Positions 27,191-42,915 of a stretch of 64,000 bases of DNA are shown here, piece after piece. Within the stretch, counting starts at the first letter, position 1; each line of letters begins with the position of its first letter. Both the position numbers and the translations under genes were made by a program. The stretch spans positions 400,086,001 through 400,150,000 of the forward strand of contig OZ024740.1 of the NCBI GenBank assembly GCA_964016885.1, in the 5' to 3' direction. The stretch comes from Eledone cirrhosa. Lineage: Eukaryota. A model generated the notes under the pieces. It worked only from the letters and a program-made list of their open reading frames with translations, did not search any database and was not told the origin of the DNA.

Positions 27191-27379
27191 AGAAGCTTTG
27201 TCACTTATATCAGATGGTGGCCCCGGGTAGCTCTGGTGTCGCGGTGGAGGGACCAACACACCGACAGAGCTTCCTCACTGCTTGACGCGACATCAACTCC
27301 TGCATTCGGAGATGCAGTACAACAGCATCATCTGTACGCAATTGTGTTTACCAAGTACTTGAGTATACATACATTCACA

Positions 27380-27690
<311 letters not shown>

Positions 27691-27957
27691 TTCATATGCT
27701 TTTTACATTCATATGATTTATTGATTTATTGATATTTTATCTGAGTGACCCGAATCTTCCTGGTCGTAATTTTTCGGCCGCATAGGTGATTTTAGACATA
27801 ATCTTTGTGTGTTGGTATTTTAACGATAGTTATAGCTCTGATTTACCTGAATTATTGAGCCCTCTGCCACTCATGTCGAATTTGTTTATCGTAAACTCGT
27901 GAGCTGATTTTCCGATACTCGATTATTCTACTATATATATATATATATATATATATG

Positions 27958-30915
27958 GAAAGTTATATTTAAAATTGTTGGGTTACAACTAGTAAATATT
28001 TATAACTGATATAAAAGCACTCGACAAATATTTGGAGTATATTTACAATATTAAATAAATGGAAACTATATTTATAAAACCATATTTATTTCATTATATA
28101 TATTTCGGGGGATAACATGTTAACAATATGCTATGCCTTCCTCAGACAAAATACAATATAAACAGTTTTATAGATAAATAGATTCGACATACCGTAACAA
28201 CACCGACTTGCATTTGAAGAGGTTGAGCTGGCAGTGAAAAAATTTTACACAGAGAGAAAGAAAGAGAGAAAAAAGAAAGAAAGACAGAAAACGAAGAAAA
28301 GGAAGAAAAAGAAGAAATGCATGGAACAAAGTAGAGAGATGGAGAGATAGATAAAGAGAAGAACTTCATGTAAAGAAACAGAAAGATAGATATATATATA
28401 TAGAGAGAGGAAATAGAGAAAGATTTTCGACGAAAAGGCCCAATACTATAATGAAGCATTAGCTAGAGCAGGATATGCTGATAAGATTGTGTACATAGAT
28501 AATGATAGACAAACTAAACAAAGTAACAACTTTTTTAATTACGGCAACAACCTTAACAACTATAATAGATAATGATAGACAAACTAAACAAAGTAACAAC
28601 TTTTTTAATTACGGCCACAACCTTAACAACTATAATAGAAAGCATTACAATAATTCCAAAGGCCAAAAAAGAAATAGAACTAGGAACATAATTTGGTTTG
28701 CCCCCCCCCCCCCCTTTCTCACTAAACATTAAAACCCACATCGCTAAACTATTTTTCAAAGCTCTTGATAATCGCTTTCCTAGAACACATAGGTATCACT
28801 CAATTTTCAATAGGCATACAATTAAATTAACCTACTCATCCACCAAAAATTTAGCACAAAATATTAATAGAATAAATAATAGGAACTTAAAACCTAGTGA
28901 TAATAGCATAAATAATATACAAGTTAACAAATGTAACTGTAGAGATAGATCTAAATGTCCGTTAAATAACAACTGCTTAGTTAAAAATATAGTATACAAT
29001 TGTAATGTTAATACTGACTCTAATTCTTTTAACTACGTCGGTTCCACATCGACGGAATTTAAACTTCGCTATAATAACCACAAGAATTCTTTCACAGATC
29101 CAAGCAAAAAATCTTCAACGGCACTATCAGGCGTACTCTGGCAACTTAAGCTAGATAACGTTAGATATTCGACGGCTTGGAATATAGTCTCAAGAGGGAT
29201 TCCTTTTAATTCATCCTCTGAGACATGTGACCTCTGCGCAGAGGAGATATTCTTTATACTAAAATCTAAAAATTCCCTTAATCTACGGACAAATTTATTC
29301 AGTTGTTGCAAACATAGATTAAACTCAACGTTTAAATATAAATTTAAATTTAAAATGTAGTATATTTAGTTTGATTTATATTTATATGGGAAACTAGCCG
29401 ATAAATCTTTGATTCCTTCTTTTTATTCTTTTTTTATTGTTTATTTTTTTATTGTTTATTTTTATTTTATTTTTATTTAAACATTCCTCATGAAAAATTA
29501 AGCTACCCTAAAAGCTGATGCTCCAAATATTTTGAATAAACCTTACACTAGATAAACCTCTATATTAAATATAAGAACACATGTAGACCAAATTGGGCAT
29601 CATAAACTTTTTGAAATGATCTTTGCTAGATGTGATTTGATAGATAATTTTTGGCTTTATCTGTTTTTCGACTCTGATGCTTATAATGAACTTGGCAATA
29701 TATTGTCAATTAATTTTGAAGGGTTGATCTTTGTGGTTTATTTTTATTTTTTATTATTGTAGTATTTTCTAATATTTTTTTATTATTTTTTATTATTGTA
29801 GTATTTTTTAATATTTTTTTTTTATTATTGTAGTATTTTCTAATATTTTTTATTTTTATTGTTAATATCTTTAATATGTAAATTTTTTAATATGTAATAT
29901 TTTTAATATGTAATATTCTTTCGTAATATTTTTTTAGTTTTCTATTTTATTATTACTTATTATTATTATTGTTTTTTTTAATTTTGTTTTTTTAAATTTT
30001 GTTTCTGATATATATTTTTATTAGTATATTGAAATCTGCTCTCTATTTCTGCTTGATTGATAATCTTGTAGAGTAAAGACAGGAATAATAATACACATAT
30101 ATGTATACTCAAATTTTTATACCACATTGAGAATGTTTTCCGTGAACTTAGAGTTTGCAGAGTTAATCATGTGGATTCACATGGATGTTTGTAGCTATCA
30201 CATAAACATATGAATTTTTTTTAAAAAACTAAACTTAAGATAATTAATTTTCACACACTATGGATACTTGTCTCATTCAGGAATACTGATATTTACAATA
30301 TAGTGGAAGTTTTATAAATACTAATACATTAAAACATAGGGTTTTTACGCCTCGAATATATCTGGCTATTTTTAAATTTTTTCTCTCGCTATTTTTTCTC
30401 TCTCTATATTTTTTTCTCTCTCTATATATCTCCCTTACATTAATACTAGAGCTAAATAAATAAATAAATAAATAAATAAATGTATCATTGATATATTTAC
30501 TCAACTGACCTCCCACTACCTAATTTTCTATATATATATGTATCTATCTCTATTTCCTCTCTCTCTCTATATATATATCTCTTTCTGTTTCTTTACATGA
30601 AGTTCTTCTCTTTATCTATCTCTCCATCTCTCTACTTTGTTCCATGCATTTCTTCTTTTTCTTCCTTTTCTTCGTTTTCTGTCTTTCTTTCTTTTTTCTC
30701 TCTTTCTTTCTCTCTGTGTAAAATTTTTTCACTGCCAGCTCAACCTCTTCAAATGCAAGTCGGTGTTGTTACGGTATGTCGAATCTATTTATCTATAAAA
30801 CTGTTTATATTGTATTTTGTCTGAGGAAGGCATAGCATATTGTTAATATGTTATCCCCGAAATATATATAATGAAATAAATATGGTTTTATAAATATAGT
30901 TTCCATTTATTTAAT

Positions 30916-30921
<6 letters not shown>
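27958..30921. mobile_element. Penelope-like element (WFxPP / CNCR..CP type, probably Nematis clade) with ~375-bp inverted pLTRs
   Basis: Arms 28044-28420 (-) and 30547-30921 (+) are almost identical, each with an HHR (28089-28151, 30815-30876; CTGAGGA...GAAA-TATATA-TA). Tail 27958-28043 is on the left arm only. Both ends lie in (TA)n. Confidence 0.9.
28670..29360 (+). pseudogene. Penelope-like linker plus GIY-YIG endonuclease coding remnant
   Basis: RNIIWFAPP, IFNRHTIKLTYS, CNCRDRSKCPLNNNCLVKNIVY...YVGSTSTEFKLRYNNHKNSF, CDLCAEE, LNLRTNLFSCCKH. Frameshift in the poly-C at ~28701-28714. Confidence 0.88.
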
Positions 30922-30963
<42 letters not shown>

Positions 30964-31004
30964 AATACACATACATACCGACACAAACATACATGCATAC
31001 ACAG

Positions 31005-31114
<110 letters not shown>

Positions 31115-31428
31115 ATATATGTAGAACCATGAAAACAAAAGTCAAAGTTTAGTGCAACTAATTAAGCATTAAACTTCGCCTTTTGTTTTCATTGTTCAAC
31201 ATAATACATATATGACTGTGTAGCTTGTTTGAATGCTCAAAGAAATCTAATATGACGAAAACCGACTACAAAAATATAAACTCTCATCAACTGATCTCGC
31301 TGAAATTTTTACTTCCGTACTACACGGAGTTCTCACATCATTATTGAGCCTATCGTAGACATGTAGACACCAGCATATATTTCAATTTATTCCGTAACCC
31401 TTTGTCTTTCTCTTACTCCCCCCCCCTA

Positions 31429-31475
<47 letters not shown>

Positions 31476-31486
31476 GTGTATATGTG

Positions 31487-31627
<141 letters not shown>

Positions 31628-31697
31628 GGTAAACAAAAATAACAACACAATCGGTTCAGTATATATTAGGTTAACGCTTGATATAGCAGGAAGTGCG

Positions 31698-31736
31698 TCT
31701 TAACGTTTCGGACACTAGTCCTTCATCAGAATGAGA
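31698..31736 (-). ncRNA. Minimal Penelope-type hammerhead
   Basis: Minus strand: tctcatt-CTGATGA-a-ggac(tagt)gtcc-GAAA-CG-TT-aaga. Confidence 0.7.
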
Positions 31737-31774
31737 AATAAGATAGATTGAGGGGATGGGTGGGGTGGAGTTGG

Positions 31775-31995
31775 AAAACAGTGACATAAACAGATATTCA
31801 AGTTTTGTTGGGTTCTGGGCCCCAACTCATTCAGTCTGTCATGAAAAAAATATTTTTTTTTGTTTTTCTCATGACAGCGTGAATGAGTTGAGGCCCTGAG
31901 ACCAACGAAACTTGATTACCTGTTTATGTCACTGTTGTAATTACTTATACTCAGCTCGTCCTATGGACTGATATTTCCACTTAACTTTTACTTCA

Positions 31996-31998
<3 letters not shown>
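31775..31998 (+). mobile_element. Fold-back pLTR mini-element (family of 4250-4457)
   Basis: Inverted arms ~31777-31852 / ~31855-31937, with TGAATGA-gttg...caac-GAAA; the tail ends at (TA)n. Confidence 0.7.
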
Positions 31999-32051
<53 letters not shown>

Positions 32052-32056
<5 letters not shown>

Positions 32057-32222
32057 GGATTCGGGACACCGACGGCTGAGCTCCTGCCGTTTGAACAGCT
32101 AGATCTAGCTGTTGAAATGGCAGGAACTCAGTCGTCGGTGTCCGAATCCTTCATATTACGCACTCCACTACCCCAAATATCGAGTACTCTAGTGAGTAAT
32201 GGTCTAACTGGTTTTACCGCAT
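32052..32222 (+). mobile_element. Fold-back pLTR mini-element (relative of 2135-2321)
   Basis: Imperfect palindrome 32052-32155 centred on agctagatctagct, followed by tail cactc...gagtactc. Lies in (TA)n. Confidence 0.7.
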
Positions 32223-32475
32223 CTATCTATATATACATATATATATACTATATTATATTTCGAGAATAAACTCTCAGTCGTTTACAATAATTAAGCTCCA
32301 GGAAAAGGGGCTCTTCCGAGCAGTTAAATACATTAAAATATATGATAAACACGAAATGTGTTTACATTGCAACAGACAAAGTTAGCTATTAATGAAATAA
32401 ACTAATTAAAGTGAATACAATTTGTCTGTCTCGATATAAGTCAATAAAGACAAGCTTATATTGGCAACGGCCATG

Positions 32476-32508
<33 letters not shown>

Positions 32509-32885
32509 TAGAGAGAGAGAGTGAGAGAGAGAGAGAAAGGGTTAGGGAATAAATTGAAATATGCATTTTTGTCTTTCTTTCTCAGAGGAAAGGATTGTCC
32601 AGAAACGCTAGATTCTTTAATCTAAATATGTTCCGAAATAAAACACCATATAAATGTCTTGACATATATACCCTCTGATAAATCATTGTGGAAAGTCTGG
32701 GTTACATTTTATATTATTATCAATTGAATTAGATTTGGCATATTTCTGCTAAAAATATTGTCTTCTGTCAGAATTAAAGATACAATCGAATCTGGTAGAT
32801 TCCGATACTAGGAATATTGAGGTTATAAAATGGTGTAACGCATCCAGTCCACCGCTCAATCATCTCAGCTAATGATAAATACTAA

Positions 32886-33280
32886 GGGCGGTGAATTGGC
32901 AGTAATGGGAGAGCGTCAAGCAGCATGCTCTGTCGCATAGAGTTATGGTCCTTTACGTTCAGAGTTCAAATCCTGCTGAGGGTAGCTTTGCCTTTCATCC
33001 TTACGGGGGTCGATAAAATAAAGCACCAGTACATTGGTACAATTGCTGGCCTTGTGACAAAAGTATAAACAATTAATGATATATACTAAGGGCGGTGGAT
33101 TGGCAGTATCGGTAAAGCGTCAGACAGCATGCTCTGTTGCAATGAGTTATGTCCCTTTACGTCCAGAGTTCAAATCCCGCCCAGGGTAGCTTTGCCTTTC
33201 ATCCTTATGAGGTCGATAAAATAAAGCACCAGTAATGCACGAGGGAAATTGCTGGCCTTGTGCCAAAAGTAGAAACAACG
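32886..33280 (+). mobile_element. Tandem dimer of SINE S1
   Basis: Copies at 32886-33074 and 33090-33280, with AATGATAxATACTAA-like 15-mers at 32871, 33075 and 33281. Confidence 0.9.
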
Positions 33281-35403
33281 AATGATATACACTAATTGTG
33301 TGATGCTTTGGAACAGATTCTTCATCGGTCAACCAGGGCTTTGTAAGTGAAATTTAGTTGATAGAAACAGTGGAATCCCATTCTTTTCATTGAGTACTAA
33401 ACCTGACCCATCGCCCGGTTTAACACCATCACCTGGTTTTTAGCGAAATCCGCTTAGCTGCAAGCATTTGGATCTGGTTTCCTGTCTGAGAAATACACCC
33501 TCTTTTATCAATCTCAGAGGCTGTGAAAAAGGTTATGGGCGCTGCTCTTCTTCCTCTGATAATATAATTAAAAAGTGTTAATATTTCTTTAGTCGAGGAA
33601 AACGTCTCATTGTTTTAGTAAGGAATGAGTACTACCAATTGAATCTATAGACTATATATCGCTGTTATATATTTCATCAACTGCTCGTCTCGGAGGGTTG
33701 AAATTCAAACTTGATTCTGGTGAGTTTTGAGAAATAAAACAAGGAGATGAAACTGTATACTCTTTTGTCCAATGTTCAATCGTGCTTGCCACTATGTTGC
33801 CTCCATAATTAATAACATTATAATATGTTTTTGTTATTAGCGATATAATAACGTAAGAGTAGCATTATCAGCAACCACAGTTACAGCATGATCCACACCT
33901 CTAACTACTGGCTGAGTGGTTGTCACAAATACACTAACAGAAATCACAACAACAATAACATACATACAAATCAGGGTAAAAATAACAGTAACAATGATGA
34001 CGATGACGACGATGAAAACGATGACAGGGACAATAAGTATATGAGATTAGCACAATCATATCATTAAAACAGCAGACTTGGTGTCTGTGTGTCTAAACAA
34101 GGACCGGATATTCGGTATGATTTACTTTTCACTCAAGGATGCGTTAACGGTAGCTCGACTTCCACAAAAAAGAAGGAAAAGAAAAAAAAATGCGACGCCA
34201 TTTTTTAATTTCATTTTATAGAATGATTACACGAGAAAAAAATATGATAATCAGTTAAAAGCAACAACTGCCACAACAATAATTACAACGATACACGGTT
34301 GATAATATTCAGTATTGTTTCAATGCAATTTGCATCAAATCAATTTACATCGAAACTTTTTGACATTTGGAAAAATAAATAATAATGTTCTTTCTTTAAT
34401 TTGTCGCTCTCCGTACTAGCAAAACAGTGATTAAATTTAACTTCCGGTGCAAAAACTAAAGTAGCCCATATATCAATGCAAGCAAGAAAACAGCTGACAA
34501 TGGGTTTGGCACTATCAAAGCCGAACGACTTCGCTCAAATAATGGAGCGTCTATATTGAATCTAACATTTTATATATGTTTCTTTGTAATAGTCTAAATT
34601 TTTAACAGTCTGTTCACATTTTGTTTTTCCTTTTCCTCTGTATTTTCCCAAAGAATTGTACCTCTGTCTACTTTTTTACTATGTTCCTCACCCACACTCT
34701 TTCTTCGGCTTCGTCGTTCCCGTTTAATCTTTAATTATCGATTTCAGATAAATTAAAAGAATTCATCTGCGGACTAACGTTCCTTTTTGCAAATTTGACA
34801 CATTTTCCAAGTTAACGCTCTGCATGTGTCAGGCGGCTAAAAAAAATCATTGTTATACCATTCTTTATCTTTTCATTATTTGGTCTCCTTTCAACGCCAT
34901 CACCTCTATCACCAACACCATAATCATAGTGTTTCTATCTTCATAGCAATCATAACCATCAACAACATCCAGATTGATAACGCCGGCCAATGCGTAGCAG
35001 CTGTTTTTTTCTCGACATATTTCACCGGAGAGAACAAATCAATCCCTCCCTCAGTATTTTGAATGTATTTCTATATCTTAATGCTAGCTCTTTCCGGAGT
35101 TTGTTGGGAAATAAACTATAAATAGTTAAAAGTTTTCGGCACCACTTTCTACTCACCAACATAATATATCTTTTGCGTAACTCAGCACGACTCTAGTTTT
35201 ATATATAACGCAAAGTTATAGATTTGACGGGGAACATAAATAAAACTTTGTGATGTAAAATAGTTGCAGTAGGAAATAAAATTTACGTAATAAACTGTTT
35301 ACATTAATAATACAGTTTCAATTATATTTATCAATAAAATTGAGAAAGAGCCAGCTGGGTGAGGCGACAGAGTAGAACTGCCAATCAAAGGAACGGACAT
35401 TAT

Positions 35404-35955
35404 TGGATTGGCAGTATCGGTAGAGGGTCGGGCACCATGCTTTCCGGCATAGAATTAAAGCCCTTTCCATTCTGGGTTCAAATCGCGTCGAGGTTAACTT
35501 TGCCTTTCATCCTTTCGGGGTCGATAAAATAAAGTACCAGTAATGCACTGGGATAATTGCTGCAAAAGTAGAAACAATTATTACTGCAAAAGTAGAAACA
35601 ATTATTACAGGTGCTCGGTGGAATGGCAGTATCAGTAGAGTGTCGGACAACATGCTTTGCAGCATAGAGTTATGGCCCTTTACGTTAAGTGTTCAAATCC
35701 CGCCGAGGTTAGCTTTGTCTTTCATCTTTACAGGGTTGATAAAATAAAGAACCAGTAATACACTGGGTCGATGTAATCGACTTTCCCCTCCTCCAAAATT
35801 GTTGGCCTTCTGCCTAAATCAGAAACCATTATTACAGGTGCAAAGTCCACCGAGGTTAACTTTGCCTTTCATCCTTACGGGGTCGATAAAATAAAGTACC
35901 AGTAATGCACTGGGTATTTGCTGGCCTTGTGACAAAGGTAGAAACAATTATTACA
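35404..35955 (+). mobile_element. Cluster of three SINE S1 copies (third 5'-truncated)
   Basis: Cores at ~35490, ~35710 and ~35860; attattaca(g/a)gt junctions are repeated. Confidence 0.85.
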
Positions 35956-36117
35956 AGTACTCAGTTGTATCTCAGGCGAGGACCTTTAACCCATAAACAA
36001 TGCATTCATTAGGTTTCATACGATGTGATAGATTATAGAACTCATCATCACTCATGATTAGAACAGGCTTATTTAAATTGTAAGACTAAATCGATTGGAC
36101 TGTTAAGTTCATTCTTC

Positions 36118-36149
<32 letters not shown>

Positions 36150-36268
36150 ACATCCATGGCATGACCCGTAGTAAACAGCTGACGAAGGGAAACTTTCTAT
36201 CTCTTGTTTGTATCGCCTTACCTTATAACACACGTTAAAAGTAATCACACAGTCTCGCCTTCCTCAAT

Positions 36269-36380
<112 letters not shown>

Positions 36381-38003
36381 TCATTTAAAATAAGTTTCTC
36401 TCTCTATATTCTTCAAATGTCTTTAGACGGAATAATTATATACACGTAGAGAAGAGAAGATATACAAAATAAATAAATGTTCGAATTAATCGTTTTTAGG
36501 TATTTAGTCTGATTTCATTATAAATATTCAGCATTGAAATCTCACCGGCGTCACTTCTATCTTTAATGTTAGAGTCAATAGAACTAGAACCAATGTTATA
36601 CTTATTTTTACATTGGAATGGTGCCAAATGAAAAGAAAATATCTCTAATCAGCATAAATTCTCCCTTTAGATGGATTATTAATGATAAAGTGAAGATGAC
36701 AATATGGAGTCATAAACAAAGCTCTTAAAATAAACCCCAAACTAAGGTATATCAAACATCTTATCAACATTAACGATTCTGCACAACTGAAAATATATTT
36801 TGTTTTGTTTACGAACGTTAACATATTACATATGTCGATCAAAGAAATACAACCGAATGAGTAAAATTACACAAGTGTATATTAATTCTGTCAATTTCGT
36901 AAACCGACTTTAGATGAAAGTTGACATTTGAGGGCTTAACCAAAAGATATTTAATGTAATAGATAAGGATTCCTAGACTCCATCCACATGACATTAAAAC
37001 AGTTAACTTAGTGTTAACACATTTAATGCAGGGCGTATTCAAAAAATTAATTAGGTTTAATTAGGCAGTAAAGAAAATGCAATTTTAACCAATGACACAT
37101 TTTCAATTTGTAAATATGTTAAGTATTGAATTTTGATTCTGTTAAGTTTTATCGTGGCTTCGTGGATGATAAAAAGCAAACTCGACTCTAACAGAATTCT
37201 AAAACTGTATTTTGGAGATGAATACAGGTTACTGTAACAAATATCAAACGACCTTCTACTGATTTTACTAGCTGGCTCCGAGAGTTTTAAAACAGTTGTA
37301 AAGTTTAATAGCAATACGTTTCTACTTGTCAAACTTTCATATGTTTGAAAGTAAAATAAAGATTTATTAGGAAAGGAAAATAGCCACGGGTCACTGTTCC
37401 TGTATTTTGCCAAAGGCGCTTTCAAAGAAACTGAAGTGAAATTTCTGAAAAACAGAATAAGGTTGAGGTCTCATCTCACCAGAAATTGTGTTCTATATAG
37501 TGCTGCAGTGCTCCTTGGCCTAAATGCAAAAATTAATACTTGATGAAAGTTTATACATACACGTGCACTAACACACGCAAGTCATTAGAAGTACATAGGA
37601 ACTAAAATCTTTGTCAAGTCTATTTGGCCATATCTGGAACGCATCTGGACAATATCGTTGAATGTTTTTCAATTACATATCGAAAATAGGTTAAGGACGA
37701 ACCATTTTGTAGTTAGAATATAATCCTTCTGAGTATAGGAGTAAGTCATGTAGCATTCAACGAAATTTAGCTTAATGTTTATGTAATATAACTTGAATGG
37801 ACGAGCGGATACCAACGCATATACAAATAGAAACACATACATTAGAGAACATATACATATATAGAGTTATAAGCACCGAAAATCTGATTCTATACCTACA
37901 GAAATAAATATTTCTACATGCACAAATATACAGGGAGGCACACACAAGTCTCTTTCTTTCTTACTCTCTCCCTTTCTCTTCCTCTCTCTCTCCCCCTCTC
38001 TCC

Positions 38004-38034
<31 letters not shown>

Positions 38035-38198
38035 GTAATAAATAAATATATATATATGTGTGTGTGTGTGCGAATGTAGGTGATCTACGAAGTTATTTAT
38101 GCAAATGTATGTATGTATGTATATATGTATGTATGTATGCATGTATGTGTATATATAACGTATGTATGTACGTATGCATGTATGCATGTATGTACGTA

Positions 38199-38250
<52 letters not shown>

Positions 38251-38828
38251 TACACACACACACGTGTATTTGTGTGCGTGTTCGTGCGCGCGTTTGAATA
38301 TATATTTTCAACGACCTATTCATATAAAACCATGTATAACGGAAGTGGAAAATAAAATGTTAAAATATAAAACAACCATCAAATTTGAAAATGCAACTCA
38401 AGATGTATATATTGTGAGAAAAGGATATAAATAAAAAAAACATGGAAATAATATAAATAACAAATTGAACAACCAGCAAAAAAAAACTATAAGCTTGAAA
38501 ATAAACTTACATTTATAAGTGGCAATCTGTAATGATAAACCAAACATAACAAAATCACTTGATAATGCAGTGTTCTATTTCGTTGGTAAAATTGATTATT
38601 TTGATATGGCGGAGTCAGTTTTATTTTTTATTCATTTTATTTGTAACAGACAGCAATTTGGCAACTCTAGCAAGTAGTTGTTAACAGTTGTAGCAACAGG
38701 CTACTTAAAGTCTTCGAGTTGGGTGCTCTAGTATGGGCGAAACTGTGTGCATGCATACATACATACATACATACATACATACATACATACATACATACAT
38801 GCATGCATACATACATACATAAATACAC

Positions 38829-39553
38829 GATGGCTGCCCCCTCGTTATCGAGTATGGTCATTGCACGATATAACATTATTAATGATGTTCAATTAATGCT
38901 ATAGTGCAATTCCTGTGCCTAAAGATGTTTTTAAAGTGAGGAAAGACTGAGCCAATCCCACTCTCTGAGCGACAGTAGCTGTAACCCGAAAAGAAGAAAA
39001 GATCAACACCATCGGTAATTACTGAGCCGCAGGTTTTATGTCGAAGTTATCCCAGTTGATGATGATATGATGATGGCAGCAACTCGATTTCGAGTAATGC
39101 TATCGCTTGATACTTAAGCATGAGCATCACGGACACGGTCTTTTAGTCCTGCCAGGGACTTGCCTATGGCCAGCAATACAAATGCATAACGAAAAATGTC
39201 ATATATCAAGCAATGCCTGTACTTGAAGTTTTCTTAAGTGAGGATAGGCTTGGCACGGGGCCAATTCCGCTCTCTGAACATCGAATTCATTTGCCCCGAA
39301 AGAATTACTGGTCTGGATGCAAACGAAGTCGCAGGTTTTATATCAGAGTGACCTCCTCCTAGAGACATGTTTTAATGTACACTAAGAGACTCACGCTCCA
39401 TATAAAACAAAACTTTATTGTCTGATCGTTGACTCTACAAAGTTTCTCCGCCCTTTGACGGGTTTTGTTTTTCATCACACAGGGTTTCCAAATTCAGCCT
39501 CCTCAACAAGCAAGCTTGGTGGGGTTGCCGGTTCAGTCGCCGACGACCCAACT
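38829..39553 (-). mobile_element. Repeat R2, copy C, flanked by (CATA)n
   Basis: Aligns with 12884-13855. Confidence 0.7.
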
Positions 39554-39993
39554 ATGTATGCATACATACATACATACATGCAGACATACATACATACATA
39601 CATACACGCTCGTCCTCCCACGCATACATATATATAACCACCCTCATATATCTATGGTTTCAGTCATTGGGTTGCAGCCACCGCCTTCAATTGTTGTAAT
39701 CAGTTCTGTCGCCTCTGGTACTTTGTGTCGTTCTATTTTTAACAACAACTTATTGTTCAAAGGTACAACGCAGTGAAATCTAACTCAGAATAATGCGCTG
39801 TGAAACTATTAATTCATTCATTTTACTACGTTTTTGATGCTTGTTCACTCAACCTCCAACATATTCTTGCTACATTAAATTCCCTTGCATGTGTGTATTT
39901 TACAGACATACATTCTATTGTTTGCTAAATTTTATTTCACTAGAGAAGAAAGGTTCAATTTGAACTGAACACGATAAACCAACGAAATACATG

Positions 39994-40032
<39 letters not shown>

Positions 40033-40035
<3 letters not shown>

Positions 40036-40284
40036 GTGTGGGATGCTTAAAGCGTCCGTATGCGGTAGACCATTTGAGCACTCGATGCTTTTAGAGAGCA
40101 GAGTATAATATCACATATTGTGGAAACTCTGCTTCGAGACATTGAGACGTATCTGGAGAACTTGCGATTTCAGAGTCAGGTTCGATCATCGCATCGATCC
40201 TGCCGCGAGGTGGTCGCCAGAGAAACGATTGTAATATGTCTAATAAATTCTAATTCGTCGCATCACTGATTCTCTGTTTCTTAT

Positions 40285-40290
<6 letters not shown>
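40033..40290. mobile_element. pLTR/tail remnant in (TA)n, relative of 9200-9405
   Basis: Shared gagcactc.atgct.tta.agagcagagtat tail. A short terminal inversion (atatcacata / tatgtgatat) is present. Confidence 0.5.
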
Positions 40291-40321
<31 letters not shown>

Positions 40322-40328
<7 letters not shown>

Positions 40329-40518
40329 ATATAGAAAGGCTTCTACGGGACTAGAACTGTTTCATTTGGGAGAAATCATCAGGAAAAGCTTCCTGATGAT
40401 TTCTCCCGAATGAAACAGTTCTAGTCCCGTAGAAGCCTTTCTATATTAAATATATATACTCTGGTTTGTATTGAGTACCTTACTTGCTGTGGTTACCACT
40501 GATTGAACCCGGGATAAA

Positions 40519-40521
<3 letters not shown>
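40322..40521 (+). mobile_element. Family-A fold-back HHR mini-element
   Basis: Palindrome ~40322-40455 plus tail. HHR 40388-40436: gcttc-CTGATGA-T-ttc(tccc)gaa-T-GAAA-cag...ccg-TA-gaagc. Confidence 0.88.
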
Positions 40522-40593
<72 letters not shown>

Positions 40594-41195
40594 CGATGAC
40601 TTTGCTGATGCAGATGAGCTTTACGTTTCGTTTTCTTTTGTTTGGTTTACGTGATCGTTTGACTTGACATGGTAGAAATAGCAGCTAAATATTTTTCAAG
40701 TCACACCTCATTGCCTAATGAAACAAAGACCACGGATGGAATTCTTTTAACCACACGTTTGTTCTATCAGAACTGACTTGAAGCTAAGCATCAACATATC
40801 TGGTCTTATAAACTTACAGGAAATCAACAATTAATTAGAGCAACTAGTTAATTGAAATGAGATAGATTTTGAATAACGTCACTTTTTATCTTTACAGTAA
40901 AACACGAGATTAATTTATTCGTCATTCACCCAACCTTCCACCAGATTTACAAAACTGACTTTGTTTCCATGTCAAATAGTAATTAATTTAAAAATATTTC
41001 TTTTATTTTTTTCATATTCAACTGCAAATTACAGAGTGGTTTCTAGGTTTATAAGTGGATTAATAACATTGTCAGTGATTGAGTGGGCCGATTACTTAAA
41101 AACCCTACTTAACTAATCCTTTCTTACAAGCCCTAATAGTTTCAAATCTTTTCTTCACACACATACATACACACATAGAAACACACACACACACA

Positions 41196-41561
<366 letters not shown>

Positions 41562-42489
41562 ACTATACTCTTCCTTTATACTAAATTTTCAAATATAAAA
41601 CAAATTAAAATCAAAAACACGATAAAAACTTTACAAGTAGTACCGAAAATTTTACACGTGACTTTAAAATTCTGAATGGTGCAAATTTGATTCTAAAACT
41701 GACAGGAATGTGGTTAACTTGTGTGTAATCGTCCTTTCGCACTATTAATCTTGTTAATTGCAACGTTTACTTAACTGGAAATTTAATTTTTGTGGAACCA
41801 CGGTGATGATTATTGAGCAAGATGCAAGGTCATGTGAAGTCGACGGAGCAACGCAGTTTCGATTGGCAGGTTGAAAATATTTCACTTCAATAATGCTGTT
41901 AATGGTTTAGGAGAAAACAGAAGTAAATAAATTTGATTCAAAATGTTTTTAAAAAGATTTGAAGAAAAGCACTGTATTATGAGGACATTTTTAGGAAGTC
42001 CGATTCGAGTCTCGGTTTCGATTTTAACAATGAAGCGATTTCATTTACTTAACGTCAATAGTGCGACTAGAAAAGTAGAATCTCGACAGTAAACATTTAT
42101 TCTCTCTACACGAAGTCAGTCATATTCGTATTGAAAGAATACCACTGACGAAAAATAGCTGTTATTGATACTTTTCATGCTTACGCCCAAGAGTTAGGCA
42201 TATTTATTTCACTAGTCAGTTTTTTCCAATTGTCAAGGTTTGCCTCATTCAGAACCTTCTTTACGCAATCTTTGTGCATCTAACCCACGCCTCACAAGAG
42301 AGGTCACAGGTCCATTACTAGTTTTTGCAATATGAAATGGAGTCCGCAATATATATTTTGAACAGGCCTCTCTATCTAGAGCCTGAATGTGTCGCTTGTT
42401 AACCCACGCGAAGGACGATGCGTTATGGTATTTTTCGTACCTCTCACCGTATTGTAGTTTTGGTGATCTTATTCCCGCTAGTCATCAAT

Positions 42490-42915
42490 CTGGTACTTTC
42501 TCAAACCCTTACGTTGGTCATGAATCTTGTTTAATGGCCGAAATAATACGATCGCGAATGGAAGCAGCCGAAATGGATCCCCCCGAAGAGTGTTTGGAGT
42601 AACGTTACTCGATAGAGTGCGTAGCTCGGTGATAAGAATGTCACTCCAAGTAGAGACGCTACTTCTCTGAATTGAGAGATAACAGCTCCGATACTATGGG
42701 CAATTGGTTAGAATGACTCAGGATAGAAACCCTGGACAGATTTTACCCGCAAAACCAACCACCATAAGACCTAGTAGTAGACCCCGAGTAAAATGGTTGG
42801 ATAACATCCATGAGCTTTGCTGATCTCGCTTGGGGATCCAGCCAGATCTGTTGGAGACGGTTGCTTCTGACAGGACCCGCTGGAAGGAGTGTTTGAGGAG
42901 TTTGCTGCCATACCA
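42490..42915 (+). mobile_element. RTE (Expander/Rex3-like) LINE 3' fragment
   Basis: GHES...IRSRMEAAEM...GVTLLDRVRSSVIR...QLRYYGQLVRM...RPRVKWLDNI...DRTRWK. Confidence 0.82.

Noticed and set aside
36500-37560. Possible ancient hAT remnant
   Set aside because: Faint motif hints only, too degenerate to call.
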